A stretch of DNA of 62,628 bases, filler included, from Stramenopiles sp. TOSAG23-6 (Eukaryota): the NCBI GenBank assembly GCA_900128565.1. It is 10 parts of 10 records of this genome, joined end to end, with 100 filler letters (N's around TTAATTAATTAA, not from the genome) between each part and the next. Parts side by side here need not be neighbours in the genome. Positions count along the whole stretch, not along the records: positions 1 to 11,078 come from LT636283.1; positions 11,179 to 22,198 come from LT636284.1; 8 more parts are not named here. The stretch is one strand, 5' to 3'. This document shows positions 1 to 11,740 of this stretch, in pieces. Each line of letters begins with the position of its first letter. The stretch's first letter is position 1. The notes beneath the pieces were generated by a model. That model searched no databases, had not been told where the DNA came from, and worked only from the letters and a program-made list of their open reading frames with translations. A program made the translations under genes and the position numbers.

Positions 1-57
1 TACAAAATTTCATTATGGAAAAAAAACTGAAAAAAAAAATCAATTTTGAAAACGTAC

Positions 58-1353
58 AAGAGGTTGATTTTGAACTGCTTCCCTCATTGATGAATAGTTT
101 TCCCCAACTTTCAAGCAATTATCAAATGGAAGTTTTCCAAAAATAAAGCAATATAAGGTTACTCCTGCAGCCCAAAGGTCAGCTTGGTATGCATCATACA
201 TGTATTTTTTGACAATAAACATGCAAGGTAAAATTTTCAAAAAAAAAAAAACAATTGAAATTGAAAAAATGATAAAAACATACATCAATGAATCTTTACC
301 ATGATCGTGCTTCGGATGCCTATAGATTTCCGGTGCCATAAACGCGGGAGTTCCTATATACCCTGAGCAAGGTAACAATGTCGTATTTCGTGGTAAACGA
401 ATTGCCATACCAAAATCACAGTATACATGTATTTTGAGACAATATTTTAAAGTTTGATTTTTGGATTCATTAGGTACAGAATTTCGTATGAAAAATAAAT
501 AAATTCGAAATTGAAAAAGATACACAGTGACCTCGACTGGATACCATAATATTAGCAGGTTTGATGTCACGATGGACAATGTATTTTAGAAAAATATTTC
601 AAAAAAAAATCGTTAAGTACAAAATTTACTATAAAAAAAAATTCGAATTTGAAAAAAAATATTTCAAAAAAAAATCGTTAGGTACAACATTTACTATTAA
701 AAAAAAAATCGAATTTGAAAAAAAAATAAAACATACATCCCATTATGTTTGAAATATAAAAGGCCACTCAACATGTCACAGAAATAGTCCTTAGCAAGCG
801 CTTCAGGCATTACACTTTGAGTACTTTTACGATAAAAAAAATTCTTTTCAAATTCCAATGTCTGCCCTCCCCCAAAATATTCAAATACCAATAGTAGTAT
901 ATTCGATTTTTGCTGGAAAAACTCATCCTGTCCAATCACTTCGTAGAGTAAGGCACAATTTCGATGGAATATATCTCTTGATATGTCAACTTCATGCTGT
1001 ATCATGTCAAACATTGTAGTCCGTCGTGCTTTGCGTTCATTTCTTTGTTGTTGATAAATATGTATTTTACGCAATTTATTTAAGGTATACTTTTTCACAG
1101 CAAAGCACTTCGGTTTTCCAGAAATTATTCGTTCACAGAGATAAACGTTTCCACAACTACCAGCCCCAAGTTTGCGCAAAACTTTTAAATCATTGAACCA
1201 AGTGTCACCACTTTGTTTTTCAACTTTCAAGTAAGGTGTGAACTTACAATCCCACTCTTCAAATCGAGGAAAACTATCCTCACTATACTTGGTTTCAAGT
1301 ACGTTTTGTCGTACCGGTGGTGGTGGTGGAGGCGACGGCGGTGGCACTTCCAT
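58..1353 (-). CDS. Ser/Thr protein kinase, CaMKK-like; exons 1353-737, 578-524, 426-284, 199-58; 3' end truncated
   Basis: LGAGSCG, FAVKK and GTPAFMAPE motifs; GIVHRDIKPANI, CVYCDFGMA and YDAYQADLWAAG are restored by removing 3 family introns. Confidence 0.9.
200..283 (-). mobile_element. Family intron GT-AT, 84 nt, in frame and stop-free
   Basis: ttgat|GTATGTTTT...AAATACAT|gtatgat gives SLMYDAYQ; branch motif degenerate. Confidence 0.75.
427..523 (-). mobile_element. Family intron GT-AT, 97 nt
   Basis: cactgt|GTATCTTTT...GTACCTAAT...AAATACAT|gtatactgt gives GHCVYCDFG. Confidence 0.85.
579..736 (-). mobile_element. Family intron GT-AT, 158 nt, with internal tandem duplication
   Basis: gggat|GTATG...AAATACAT|tgtccatcgtgac restores GIVHRD. 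Confidence 0.9.
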
Positions 1354-1690
1354 TCTACTCGGAATTGAAGATGAGTTAGTTTACCTTCAAAATCATTGGC
1401 TGGCGAAGGAACCTTAATGAGTAATCTGTTTTAAAACTTCGAAATAAATGGAAAAAAAGAAGAAGATTGATAACTTATATACTTTTGACCAGCCAAAAAT
1501 GACGTCAATCGAAATCGAAATCGGAGATGCCACGTGTTAATTTCAAATTAAAATTTTTTTTATCAATTTTTTGAATCAATCGAAATGAAATCGCGCTCCT
1601 CGGGCAGAGTATCGGTACCATTGTGTAAAACAACAACTGGGATTCTTATGTACCACAATGTATCTTTATAAAAAAGCGAATATGTAGACG

Positions 1691-3786
1691 ATGAGAGTAC
1701 CATCAATTTGTATAAATATTTTTCTGCTAAAGTTGTCTTGCGTACTAGCACAACCGTATCAATCTTGGTAGGTTTCATTTATCACTTTCGACTGATTCTT
1801 TTTTTTGTTGTTTTAACTTCCATTGAAAGTGTATATGTTATAAAGTTACTTTCATCCAAATATCCTCCAATAAGCGTAAATGATACATTTCGGACTAACA
1901 TGAAACATACATACGCAAATATTTTGTAATACGTCGCATGTAAGTTCATCGTTTCTTGAATACATCTAATATATAAAGTTGGCTTTTTTTTATATTTAAG
2001 AAATGAAAAACTAATTGATCTCCGTGTTTGAAAAACTCTCACTTACAGGAAAACTGCTGTCGGAGCATTGACAAATGGTCAGAATTATACCCCACCTCAC
2101 TGTAATAGTGATAACCAACAATCTATATGTTGCGTTTACCAAGCAGACATAGGCTGCTATAAAGTGAAAGGAAACTACGACGGAGCACTTCAACAGGTTT
2201 CTCCTCCAAAAGCGTGCACAATCTCAGATATTATCTATAAAGGTATAGTGGACTGCTGTTATCATGAAGGCATATGTCAACAAAAGAATCCACAAGAATG
2301 CTCAAGAATGGGAGGTATGTGGTGTGGCTATGATACGTGTAATCCAGTTTGTAAAGCTGGTTTCGATGCTGAAGAAAATTGTACAGCTTGTCCTAGCGGA
2401 AAATATTCGTGGATAAATTCACCATGTAATCTATGTGATCGAGGTTACGGTAAAACTATTGAAACACCTGTTGAAACACCAGTTAAAACACTAAACAAAA
2501 TTAAATGCCCCGGATGTGCTATTGGTAAGTACAAATCTGTGAGAGATCAACTTCCGTGTAAACAATGCCCAGTAGGAAAGTATTCAAATACTATGAATGC
2601 TTCCGTATGTAAGAGTTGTGAAACAGGAAAATATTCAAGTAAACAGGGTGCTTCTACGTGTAAAAGTTGTGATGCAGGACGCTATTCAACTGGTACTGGA
2701 TGTACAGAATGTGACGTAGGTTACTACTCCAGTCGGGAATCATCGATGTGTTCTCTATGTGCTAGTGGACAATATATAGATCGTAAAGGTGCCTCCAAAT
2801 GTGAAAAATGCCCCATAGGAAAGTTTCCACACCATACAACATGCTCGGCTTGTCCTGAAGGGAAAAGTGTCATGTTGGATAACAAGCCATACCAACAGCC
2901 CGAGGACTGTTCAATATGTGACGTAGGATATGAACCGGATAAAATATCTAGTTCATGTAGTTTGTGTACTCCAGGAAAAGCTAAAAGTATTCCAGGTAAC
3001 TCTCAATGTAATAAATGTGAAAGTGGGAAATATTCATACAATGACCCTACTAAATGTGACGAATGTGCCACTGGAAAATATTCTACGCCAAATGCAACTG
3101 AATGTAACTTATGTCTTCCAGGGTATAAAAAAACTAAAAGTAATACATTTTGTGAAGCATGTCCAGGTGGAAAGTATTCTCTGGATAATGAATCCTCTGA
3201 ATGTAAAAATTGTACTGAGGGAACATATTCTGCTGATGGTTCTTCTGAGTGTACAACATGCTCTCTTGGAAAATTTGCATTAAATGGATCTGATGAGTGC
3301 ACACTTTGTGACAAAGGCTACAAGTATATATCACCAACGGCAACACCAACTGCAGCACCAACAACTGCAACACCAACTGCAGCGCTAATAACTGCATCAC
3401 CAACGGCAACACCAACAGCCGCACCAACAACTGCATCAGAAACATGTACGTTGTGCGATGCGGGATATTACAAAAATACACAAGATAACAAAATTTGGTG
3501 CTCTCCGTGTCCTAACGGGAAATCCTCAGATGCAGGGGCTCCAGAATGTGGAAACACACAGCAGTTATACTTTCAACACTGCAAAATTCCAATCTTTTTG
3601 TGTCACGCTGTGAGAAAACAAATCAAGGAAACACTTACAAGAATGTGTCAAAACATGTCGATATCATTGAAAACGTGTTCAGTGAATGCAATCATAATTT
3701 TGACTACTACAACTTTAAGTGGGATTATTGGAGTAGGTGTAGTTTATTTCAGTCTAAAAACACTCCACAAAGTTGATTTGAGATAA
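1691..3786 (+). CDS. Cys-rich surface protein (GCC2/GCC3, TNFR/ephrin-receptor-like repeats) with signal peptide and C-terminal TM helix; exons 1691-1767 and 2049-3786
   Basis: Many C-x2-C-P-x-G-K-Y repeats and a Thr/Pro/Ala-rich stretch; a canonical intron joins a hydrophobic leader in frame. Confidence 0.8.
1768..2048 (+). other. Canonical GT-AG first intron, not a family member
   Basis: tg|GTAGGT...ACTAAT...TTACAG|g, phase consistent. Confidence 0.75.
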
Positions 3787-3838
3787 ATTTTATAAATTAT
3801 AACTTGTATCGTTTTGTTGATTTTTGTTATGAATAGAA

Positions 3839-4204
3839 TTAATCTTCTTGTTTTGCTTGGTTAGATTCAGGTTTACTTACAGAAGTGATTTTTGTGACTC
3901 CGTCGTTGTAACATTCACGTATTTCCATTAATGTTGCTGCTGTTAGATTGTGGCACTTGATTTGTATGTAACTCACAATAAGTATTGAAAAAATACCAGC
4001 AAAAATCGCGGCAGTACTACTTGTAATTACACAGTCTCGATCAAAAAAGGACTTGCTATTGCATCTTTCTTTAAGGATTATGTCTCGAACTGTTTCTTCA
4101 GATAAATTACTCAAGAAAGCTTCATCGAAACATTCTTCTGTGGCCTCAATTACAAGAAGTGTAAGACATATAATATTTCGAAGCTGATAACGTTCAAAAC
4201 CCAT
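3839..4204 (-). CDS. Small hypothetical membrane protein
   Basis: 121-aa ATG ORF with hydrophobic leader and one TM segment. Confidence 0.5.
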   Translation of the reverse strand: MGFERYQLRNIICLTLLVIEATEECFDEAFLSNLSEETVRDIILKERCNSKSFFDRDCVITSSTAAIFAGIFSILIVSYIQIKCHNLTAATLMEIRECYNDGVTKITSVSKPESNQAKQED

Positions 4205-4574
4205 TCGTCTTTTCTTTTTCTAATAATACAAGCAGACGGTTTTTGAGTTATTGGTACTGCGAGTCAATCAGAGACTACTTTTACTAGAATATTTATCGTT
4301 CTCGAAAAGATCAGATAATTAGTATACGGAGATGATCGGCACGCACCTTAGCTTTCAAGCATGTGGTTAGTCTCTACCGGTAGGCAATTGATGGTACCGA
4401 TATTCAAAGTGCAAAAAGGGTATGAAAATAGATTACTGTAAAAATTATTTTTTAAACTTCAGGACGACAAGAATTCAATTTAAATTCGAAGAGCGAAAAA
4501 TATAATTAACACGAAATCAGACAAGAAATCTTGAAAAATCATTACTGTTATGTTTATTCAATACTATGTGCATC

Positions 4575-5413
4575 TTATTTGTACTGATTATTCATCATAG
4601 TTGAAGCCGTCACTGGAACTCTCCCCATCTGTGCAGCATCAAATGATGTTTCAAGTTTTTCCTTGGTCTTGTATTGTTTTTTCTTACCTGACCAAGGGAC
4701 GTACTTATGCTTCCACATATGCTTAATTTGTCTCTTCATGGTCAGAAAAAAAAGAGCACAAAAATACATTAGAAGAATAGGCCAAAACACAGGAATATTA
4801 AAAATATTGAAAAACGTCATAAATAACGAGATTAATGTTGCACGCATACATGATGTCCAGAATTTAAATTCCGGAACGCGGCGTTGGAATGGTCTGTACT
4901 CCGAGTTACTACTACCAGGGAGGGTTGCCTCATGAGATTCAGGATCTATTTCAGGCGATAGAAATCCAATGAATAGATTTAACAAATATATTCCTAACCC
5001 ATACGTTATAATATACCATCCTTGTAATAACCAGACTCGTAGCATATAGACAAATAATAAAAAGAAAAAAGAACCCCAACGGGCTTTAGGCCAGACGGTT
5101 GACTTGTCCAGAAAATGCTGCATTTTTCTTTAGTTTACAAAAGATAAACAAACATCAAAAAATGAGTCAATGAAGAGTTCAAAAAAAAGTATAGCTAGAT
5201 TATGATTCAAAACCAAATGTTGATGTAATTGGTGAAAGCCACTTTGATCACTGACAGAGTACTTTTCAGAAACACAAAAAGTGAACACTGACGGGAAACA
5301 AGCGGGTAGAGAGAAAACTAATCAAAAGAGTTACATATAGCTTACCTGGAGTATGCTGCTTTTACGTGATCCATCATTGTTGATTCACTGACATCTGCTT
5401 CCAATGGATCCAT
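4575..5413 (-). CDS. RER1: RER1 Golgi-to-ER retrieval receptor; exons 5413-5346 and 5127-4575
   Basis: YIITYGLGIYLLNLFIGFLSP, EYRPFQRRVPEFKFW, PVFWPILL, MKRQIKHMWKHKY. Confidence 0.95.
5128..5345 (-). other. Canonical GT-AG first intron, not a family member
   Basis: ccag|GTAAG...CTAAAG|aaaaatg, phase consistent. Confidence 0.85.
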
Positions 5414-5775
5414 TCTTTAAAGTAAGGCTGTAAAAAATAATGCTGTAAATAATTAATTTGCACTGATTTCGTCCACCAGATATTTTATACAGTACGCCCG
5501 CGCTTCTTCTTATTCATTTCTATCAAAAATTTCCCCAAAAATTTGGCAAAAATTTGCTCGCGAAAAATCAGAAAATTTCAACAGGTAGTACCGGGTATCG
5601 TTGGTTGTGAAACTGTAAGAACTCACTTGTCTACTACTACGACGACGATGTCATTTTATTTTCTTTTTCATTTATAAAAATCTTGCATCGTAAAGAAGTT
5701 ACGTTGCGTGTTAGCAAACCTTATCAAAACTATGAAAACTATGGAAACTATGAAAACTATGACTAAGTAGCAATT

Positions 5776-8700
5776 ATGAAGGAAAGTGTCATAAAAAAAC
5801 GTCCGTATACAGCTCCTATATTGAACTACTGTAAAAAACCTTACATTCCATTTGCTAGGATTGATTCTTGGAGTTCTTCTCGTGAAGAGCCACCAAAACG
5901 TTCGTATAGATGGCGTCCTAGTCAACATAAAACTACTGATGGAAGCATAGGTTGGGATATCAATTACAAAGGTGGTGGCGCAGTTCAGTCAAATATAGAT
6001 GAACAAAATAGAATGAGACATCAAGGAAAACCAAAAGATTTTATAATTGAATTGAATGTCGAAAATATTAATACTTCCTTAAAGAAAAAGGCGTTCATCA
6101 CTAAAGAAAGAGAATCTATTATGTCTTCAGGAACAGAATGGAATTTCTCATTTGCTACATCAAATAAAGCACACGCTACAACTATAACAGCTATTTCGTG
6201 TTCACCTTTGATTCCCTCCAAAACGTTTCTCGATATGGAAAATAGAAACATGAAAGCATATCAACTTGATATAAATGATACAAATCGTCGCACTTGTGTT
6301 AGTGCTCATGGAAAGTTGCAGCATGATACGCGAAACAATAACTTTGAATATCGTAAAGGATTTGATGCATTTAACAATGATAATGAAAATAAAAGCAATA
6401 AAATTTTTCAGAACTTTCAAGATGAAAGTTCTCATATAATCGGCCAGATCGCAGCCACAGGTGATGCTGATGGTATTATTAAATTATGGAACATTGGTAC
6501 AAATGGCGACAAAGAAGCACTACAGTTGCTTATCGATACAAAGAATAACCAAATAGAAAAGAAAACGACATTGAATTCAAAAATTCATACAAAAATAACT
6601 ACAAAGAAAAAGTCAAGATTTCGTCGCTCATGCTTTTTTGAACTCACAGGGCACAAAAAGTGTATTACATGTCTTGATTTTTCCCCAAATGGTAAATTTT
6701 TAGCATCCGCATCACAGGACAAAACTGTGCGTATTTGGAATATTAAAAATGGTTTATGTTGTGATATTATTGATGGTCATACTTCCTGGGTTACATGAAT
6801 GTTTAATTTTTTTTCAAATTCGAATTTTTTTTTATAGTAAATTTTGTACCTAACGAGTTTTTTTTGAAATATTTTTCCAAAATACATCCGTTTCTTTCTT
6901 TTCAAGTGGCAATAAAATTATCACAAGTTCTTGTGATCGAGGGGTGCGAATCTGGCGAAATGAAAATATCAAATTTCATAATACACTTGAATCAACAACT
7001 CAAAGTACAGAAAAAACACAGAAATTAGAAAAAATAGAAAAATTAGAAAAAATGAATTATAGTACATGGGAGTTACTACTAACAATGTCAGATCGTTCAA
7101 AATCTGTTCGGGAGGGTCATGGTAAGTGTGGTTCGAAATCGGGTCATAAAGGATATATCACATCATGTGCGATTTCTCCAAATATGAAATATGCAGTATC
7201 AGCTTCAAATGATTCAACTCTTAAAATTTGGGACTGTAAAACAGGAAAGTTATATAGAGACTGTATCGGTCACAATCACAGTGTTTCAGATGTGAAGTTT
7301 CATAAATCTTCACTTCACATGTATGTTTTATTTTTTTTTTTAACAAAAAATCGAATTTTTTTTTTCATACGAAATTTTGTACCTAACAGATTTAAGTTTT
7401 TTTTTTTGTGAAATATTTTTCCAAAATACATATTGTCCGCTTCTTGGGATAAAACTTTGCGTTTGTGGACTTTAGAAGGAAATTGTGGTACAACTTATGT
7501 CGGCCATTCAGATATTGTATATGCGTGTTGTTTTTCTCAAGATGGGGAATATGCCTTTTCAGTATCTCGTGATAAAACGGTTCGAATGTGGGAAGTAGGA
7601 ATGTATGTTTTATTTTTTTTTTTTACAAAAAAATCGATTTTTGTTTTCGTACGAAATTTTGTACCTAACAAATTTAAGTTTTTTTTTGAAATATTTTTTC
7701 ATAATACATGTTTGGTCGTTGCTTGAATGTGTATTCTATAAATGGACATAGTCATTATATCACTAGTATAGCCTGCAGTGCAGATAGTACAATGCTCTTG
7801 ACAGGATCTAAAGACATGACAGTAAAAGCGTGGAGAATAGGAACAGAAGGTGAAAGTATCTGCACAAATTCACCCGCACAAAACTTAAAAAATATGAAAA
7901 ATACAAATAGTAAAAAGTTTAAAAAATATCAAAGAAAGACAAAAAAATGGTTGAAATATAATGTCATTGTGGAATTAAAAGTACCAAAAGGTGGACTTTT
8001 ACTAGGTCATTTACATGGTAAAGCATCACAAAAATTGAAGAATATGTTGAATTCGTTTTTAGAATTTTCTGAAAACTCTGGCAAAGTAGCTTTCCCTACT
8101 TTACAGAATATAGAAAAGACAATTCTTGAAACAAAAAAAAGTATTCCATCAAATGATTCTTCTGATCCTTTTATAAATGATTTTGATTCTGATATGGTAG
8201 TAAACATTGCAAATGAAAGTAATGAAATGAAAAAGCTGGAAAAAGGCATGATGACAATTGATCAATTCTGTGCTAGTGGAATTCGAAATGCAACGGAGGA
8301 AAATTTTTTTAGACTTTTATCTGGAGAACAAAAATATAAAGACATATATACAGTAAGATTAAGAGACTGGAACACAATTGAAAGTAATAGTTCTGAGAGA
8401 GAATATGTATTATATCATGCGGAATCTGGAGATGAAATTTGGTTTAATCCAGTTTTAATTGAAGTTTTAACACAAAGACCAGAGGAGCTATTATCACATC
8501 CCTGGGAAAAGTTGCAAGATCAAGAAGATAACAATTTAGGTATGGGAGATTTTATCCCTGGTCAATATTATTATTGGAATCGAGCGACAAGTATAACCAC
8601 CAAAGAAAGACCAGAAGCTTTGTTTAAATCAACAGATATAAAAACAAAATTAGAGATAAAAAGAGCATGTCATGAAGCAAGTAGTGCTGCTTTAGAATCT

Positions 8701-9534
8701 GTTGGTATGATCAAAACATTTTGTATGGAGACAGAAGAAATTGTGCAGCTTGCAATAGAAGAAGAGAAAAGGAGAAAAATGGCTATGCAAAATGCTGCTG
8801 CTATTTCTTTGGAAGCAGAAAAATTTGCAACAAAGGTTGCTGACAGTTGTCAGGAAACCATTACCAAGAAAGCCATCTTCGATGCAGCATCCATTTCTTT
8901 TCTTGCATCATCAGTTGCACAATGTTTTTCATTTTGCAGTACCGTACAAAAAGAAGGTCGTGTAGAAGTTCACTACTTGAAGGAAGATAATTGGTACCCG
9001 GGTACAGTAGAAAGTATAGATATTGATGAATTTACTGAAGAATTATTGCTTGAAATTCATTTTGATGATGGTGATATAGAAAAAGAGGTACCAATTAATA
9101 GAATTCGCGGAATCTCAAAAGATAAAGAAACAACTATTGAAAAAAAATTATCTGAGATAATAAACACTGCTATTGTTGCGGCCAAAGCGGCAAGCGAAGT
9201 TACAAAAGAAGTTTATAATATTACAGATACAATACTGAACCCTAACATTACAGATACAAATAAAATACTGAAGATTCCCATCATCGAGAAAACGCTAACA
9301 AAAAACAAAAAAACAAAACAACAAAAAAAAGTAAAGAAAACAAAAATGAAAAAAGCAGAAAATACAAATGTATTGAAATCAAAAGGACCAACAGAGAAGG
9401 GCATAAAAATAATAAAAAACAAAGCAAAATCCAAAAAAAAGAAAAAAAACATGAAAAAGTCGACAACGATAAAATCAAAGACTCAAAAGAAAAAGAAGAA
9501 AAAACAAAATGTAAAAAAACAAGCAAAACGATAA
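5776..9534 (+). CDS. WD40-repeat protein with WW-like and Tudor-like segments and a Lys-rich tail; 4 or more exons
   Basis: Repeated GH...ASASxDxTxRIW units, continuous after removing introns 6797-6887, 7321-7431 and 7603-7709. Confidence 0.85.
6797..6887 (+). mobile_element. Family intron, variant GA-AT (equivalently AT-AC if shifted by 2)
   Basis: ttacat|GAATGTTT...AAATACAT|ccgtt gives GHTSWVTSVSF. Confidence 0.85.
7321..7431 (+). mobile_element. Family intron GT-AT, 111 nt
   Basis: cacat|GTATG...AAATACAT|attgtcc gives HILSASWDK. Confidence 0.9.
7603..7709 (+). mobile_element. Family intron GT-AT, 107 nt
   Basis: ggaat|GTATG...AATACAT|gtttggt gives WEVGMFGRCL. Confidence 0.88.
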
Positions 9535-9761
9535 TATTTTTCGTATGAAGTTTTGTACCTAACAAATTCTAGTTTTTTTTTTGAAATATAAAAAAAACAA
9601 GTAAACCGATAATTTATTCCATAATCTAGGGGTAATCTTAGGGGTTGTTTTAAATAAATCACTGTAACCATTGGCGACATGTATTCATTAATAAGACGTG
9701 TACATTTCATCGGGTAAAATCTTCGAACGTTGTGTAAAAATCAAGTTATTCCGAAGATCCT

Positions 9762-10106
9762 CTATTTAGTTTTCGAAAAATTTCGAGCAACATCAACAAC
9801 CTTTGTTCTGAATAGCATAACGACCATGAAAACGACATAAGCCTTAACCACAACATCTGCTGAGAAATACTGAGAATTATTCCTTATGAATCGTTTGCCA
9901 GAGGTACTGAATCTAGCCAAGACCAACATAAAGAAAAGAAAAAAAGGTACTTGAAGAAAAATTTGCTCAGGATTTTTGAAACAGCCTAGTACAGATTCCT
10001 TCCAGGTCTTTAGCTTCGAGACAGAAGCACTTGATTTAGGTGACTTCTTACGGCCAGGACTCTTTGATCTCGTGCGCTTAGGAGTCCTTGATCTGGTAGT
10101 TGCCAT
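9762..10106 (-). CDS. Small membrane protein with RS/SP-rich basic N-terminus
   Basis: 114-aa ORF with two hydrophobic segments. Confidence 0.6.
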   Translation of the reverse strand: MATTRSRTPKRTRSKSPGRKKSPKSSASVSKLKTWKESVLGCFKNPEQIFLQVPFFLFFMLVLARFSTSGKRFIRNNSQYFSADVVVKAYVVFMVVMLFRTKVVDVARNFSKTK

Positions 10107-10540
10107 TTTGTCAATTATTCACTGTATTGTGTTGGAGATACTCGTAAAAGTGTTCACGATGAGTTTTAATGAGAGTGAGTTGAGGATGGAGAGTAACTAC
10201 AAAGTCAGTATAAGGGAGTAACTAAAACAAAACAGAGTAATACTGTACACTCTTGTTTCTTTGGTACTATGAGGTATATTACTTACGTGGGTAATTCCAA
10301 TGTAAATATATAGAGGACAATAATATGATATTATCTTTTCGCTTTACTCGTGAGGCACACGCGGATCGAACGCGGATCGAAGAACTCAAAAAAAAACTTT
10401 CAAATTTTTGAATTTTTGAAAAATTGGCGGGAAAAGATTTGATTAGGGTTTACCCAAAAATTTAAATACTACTAAAAGTCTAAAACAAAATAATTGCGAC
10501 TAAAAATAATAAATAAATACCAATGATGAAATTATTTTCA

Positions 10541-11025
10541 TTATTCATTACTTGTACTATAATCAGCCCATTTTGTTTCACCAGTACTATGATCATGCAA
10601 ATAAGCATATCCATCCTCCGTGATATATTCAGTCCAGTGACTATTCTTTTTCGTACGAAATTCTGTACCTAACGATTTTTTTGATTTATTACTGATGTGT
10701 TTCTCATTTTTTTCAGTCTGTTGTATCGTATTTTCCTGTGTTTTTAACAAGTTTTCATCTATTTTGTCACAAATAATTGATTTCATTTCATATGGATCGT
10801 GACTAGAACTTATAAATTGTTCCTTTTGTCTCAGCGAAAAATGTTCAGGATTTTTTGTTGTGCGACGTGAACTGAAATTATTTTTGATTTTTTGTGATTT
10901 TTGTGTGTTTCGTGAATTTTTGACGGTGTGGCTGCTATTACTGGAACTATTCGACATACCATTTTCCTTGTTTCTAAATTTGTTTTTATTTTTCGTACAT
11001 TTTTGATGATTTGTTATAGGTTTAA
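10541..11025 (-). CDS. Last exon of a WW-domain protein (partial)
   Basis: WTEYITEDGYAYLHDHSTGETKW; the frame is open up to a family acceptor at 11026. Confidence 0.75.
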
Positions 11026-11078
11026 ATGTATTTTGGAAAAATATTTCAAAAAAAAAAACTTAAATTCGTTAGGTACAA

Positions 11079-11178
11079 NNNNNNNNNNNNNNNNNNNNNN
11101 NNNNNNNNNNNNNNNNNNNNNNTTAATTAATTAANNNNNNNNNNNNNNNNNNNNNNNNNNNNNNNNNNNNNNNNNNNN
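11079..11178. other. Artificial contig spacer; others at 22199, 33223, 44232, 55233, 56714, 58194, 59673 and 61152
   Basis: Identical 100-nt N/TTAATTAATTAA/N blocks; contigs decrease in length. Confidence 0.98.
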
Positions 11179-11224
11179 ATTTTGTACCTAACAAATTTCG
11201 AATTTAATTTTTTTTACAATACAT

Positions 11225-11603
11225 GTCTTCAATCGGGGCTGAAATTTTTAAAAATCGTCTCCTGCAGTTTATTTACAAATTGCTTGGAGGTTTTAACTCC
11301 CCATCAAGCTTAGTGTCAATAGCAACTGCTTCCAGTGTTTTAATCATGGTATTGGAAATTACCCGATCTCCCCATTCTTCCAGGAGGGCATTTCGTCGGA
11401 TATTTAGGAAGTTTCTATTTACAATGGCTACTAGTGGGTGTATTGTTGGTTCTGTTGGGGTAGGCATTAAATTTTGGATGGAGTCGTCAGAAGAGCAGCG
11501 TACACTTTTTCGAAAAGCTTTTTCCTTTTTAAAGCGACCGGGAACTTTACCATCTATTGCTGTGATTGCTTTGATGATAAAATTTACACGTCGCAAGTTT
11601 TGA
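11225..11603 (+). CDS. Last exon of a hypothetical membrane protein (partial)
   Basis: Open frame following family acceptor ACAATACAT at 11224. Confidence 0.6.
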
Positions 11604-11740
11604 TGAATTTAATGTATTACTTGACAATAATACACTATGAATTATAATATAAATCCAGGAAATGTTAGGTTTTGCAAATTTTTTTCTTTTTATTACATTC
11701 TTTTATAAATCTTTTGAAATCAAGTGTAAAAAATATCAAG

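Noticed and set aside
561-752. Short ORFs and peptides such as MYVLFFF, FVRNFVPN, YEILYLT and KYFSKI
   Set aside because: Translations of the intron family, not a protein domain
5128-5345. snoRNA in the RER1 intron
   Set aside because: No convincing boxes or stems
7319-7429. Classical U12 AT-AC introns
   Set aside because: No ATATCCTT donor; the register fails at 31936 and 34905; AG-ending copies align with the GT register
11123-11134. TTAATTAATTAA palindrome repeated 9 times
   Set aside because: Synthetic all-frame-stop contig spacer embedded in Ns
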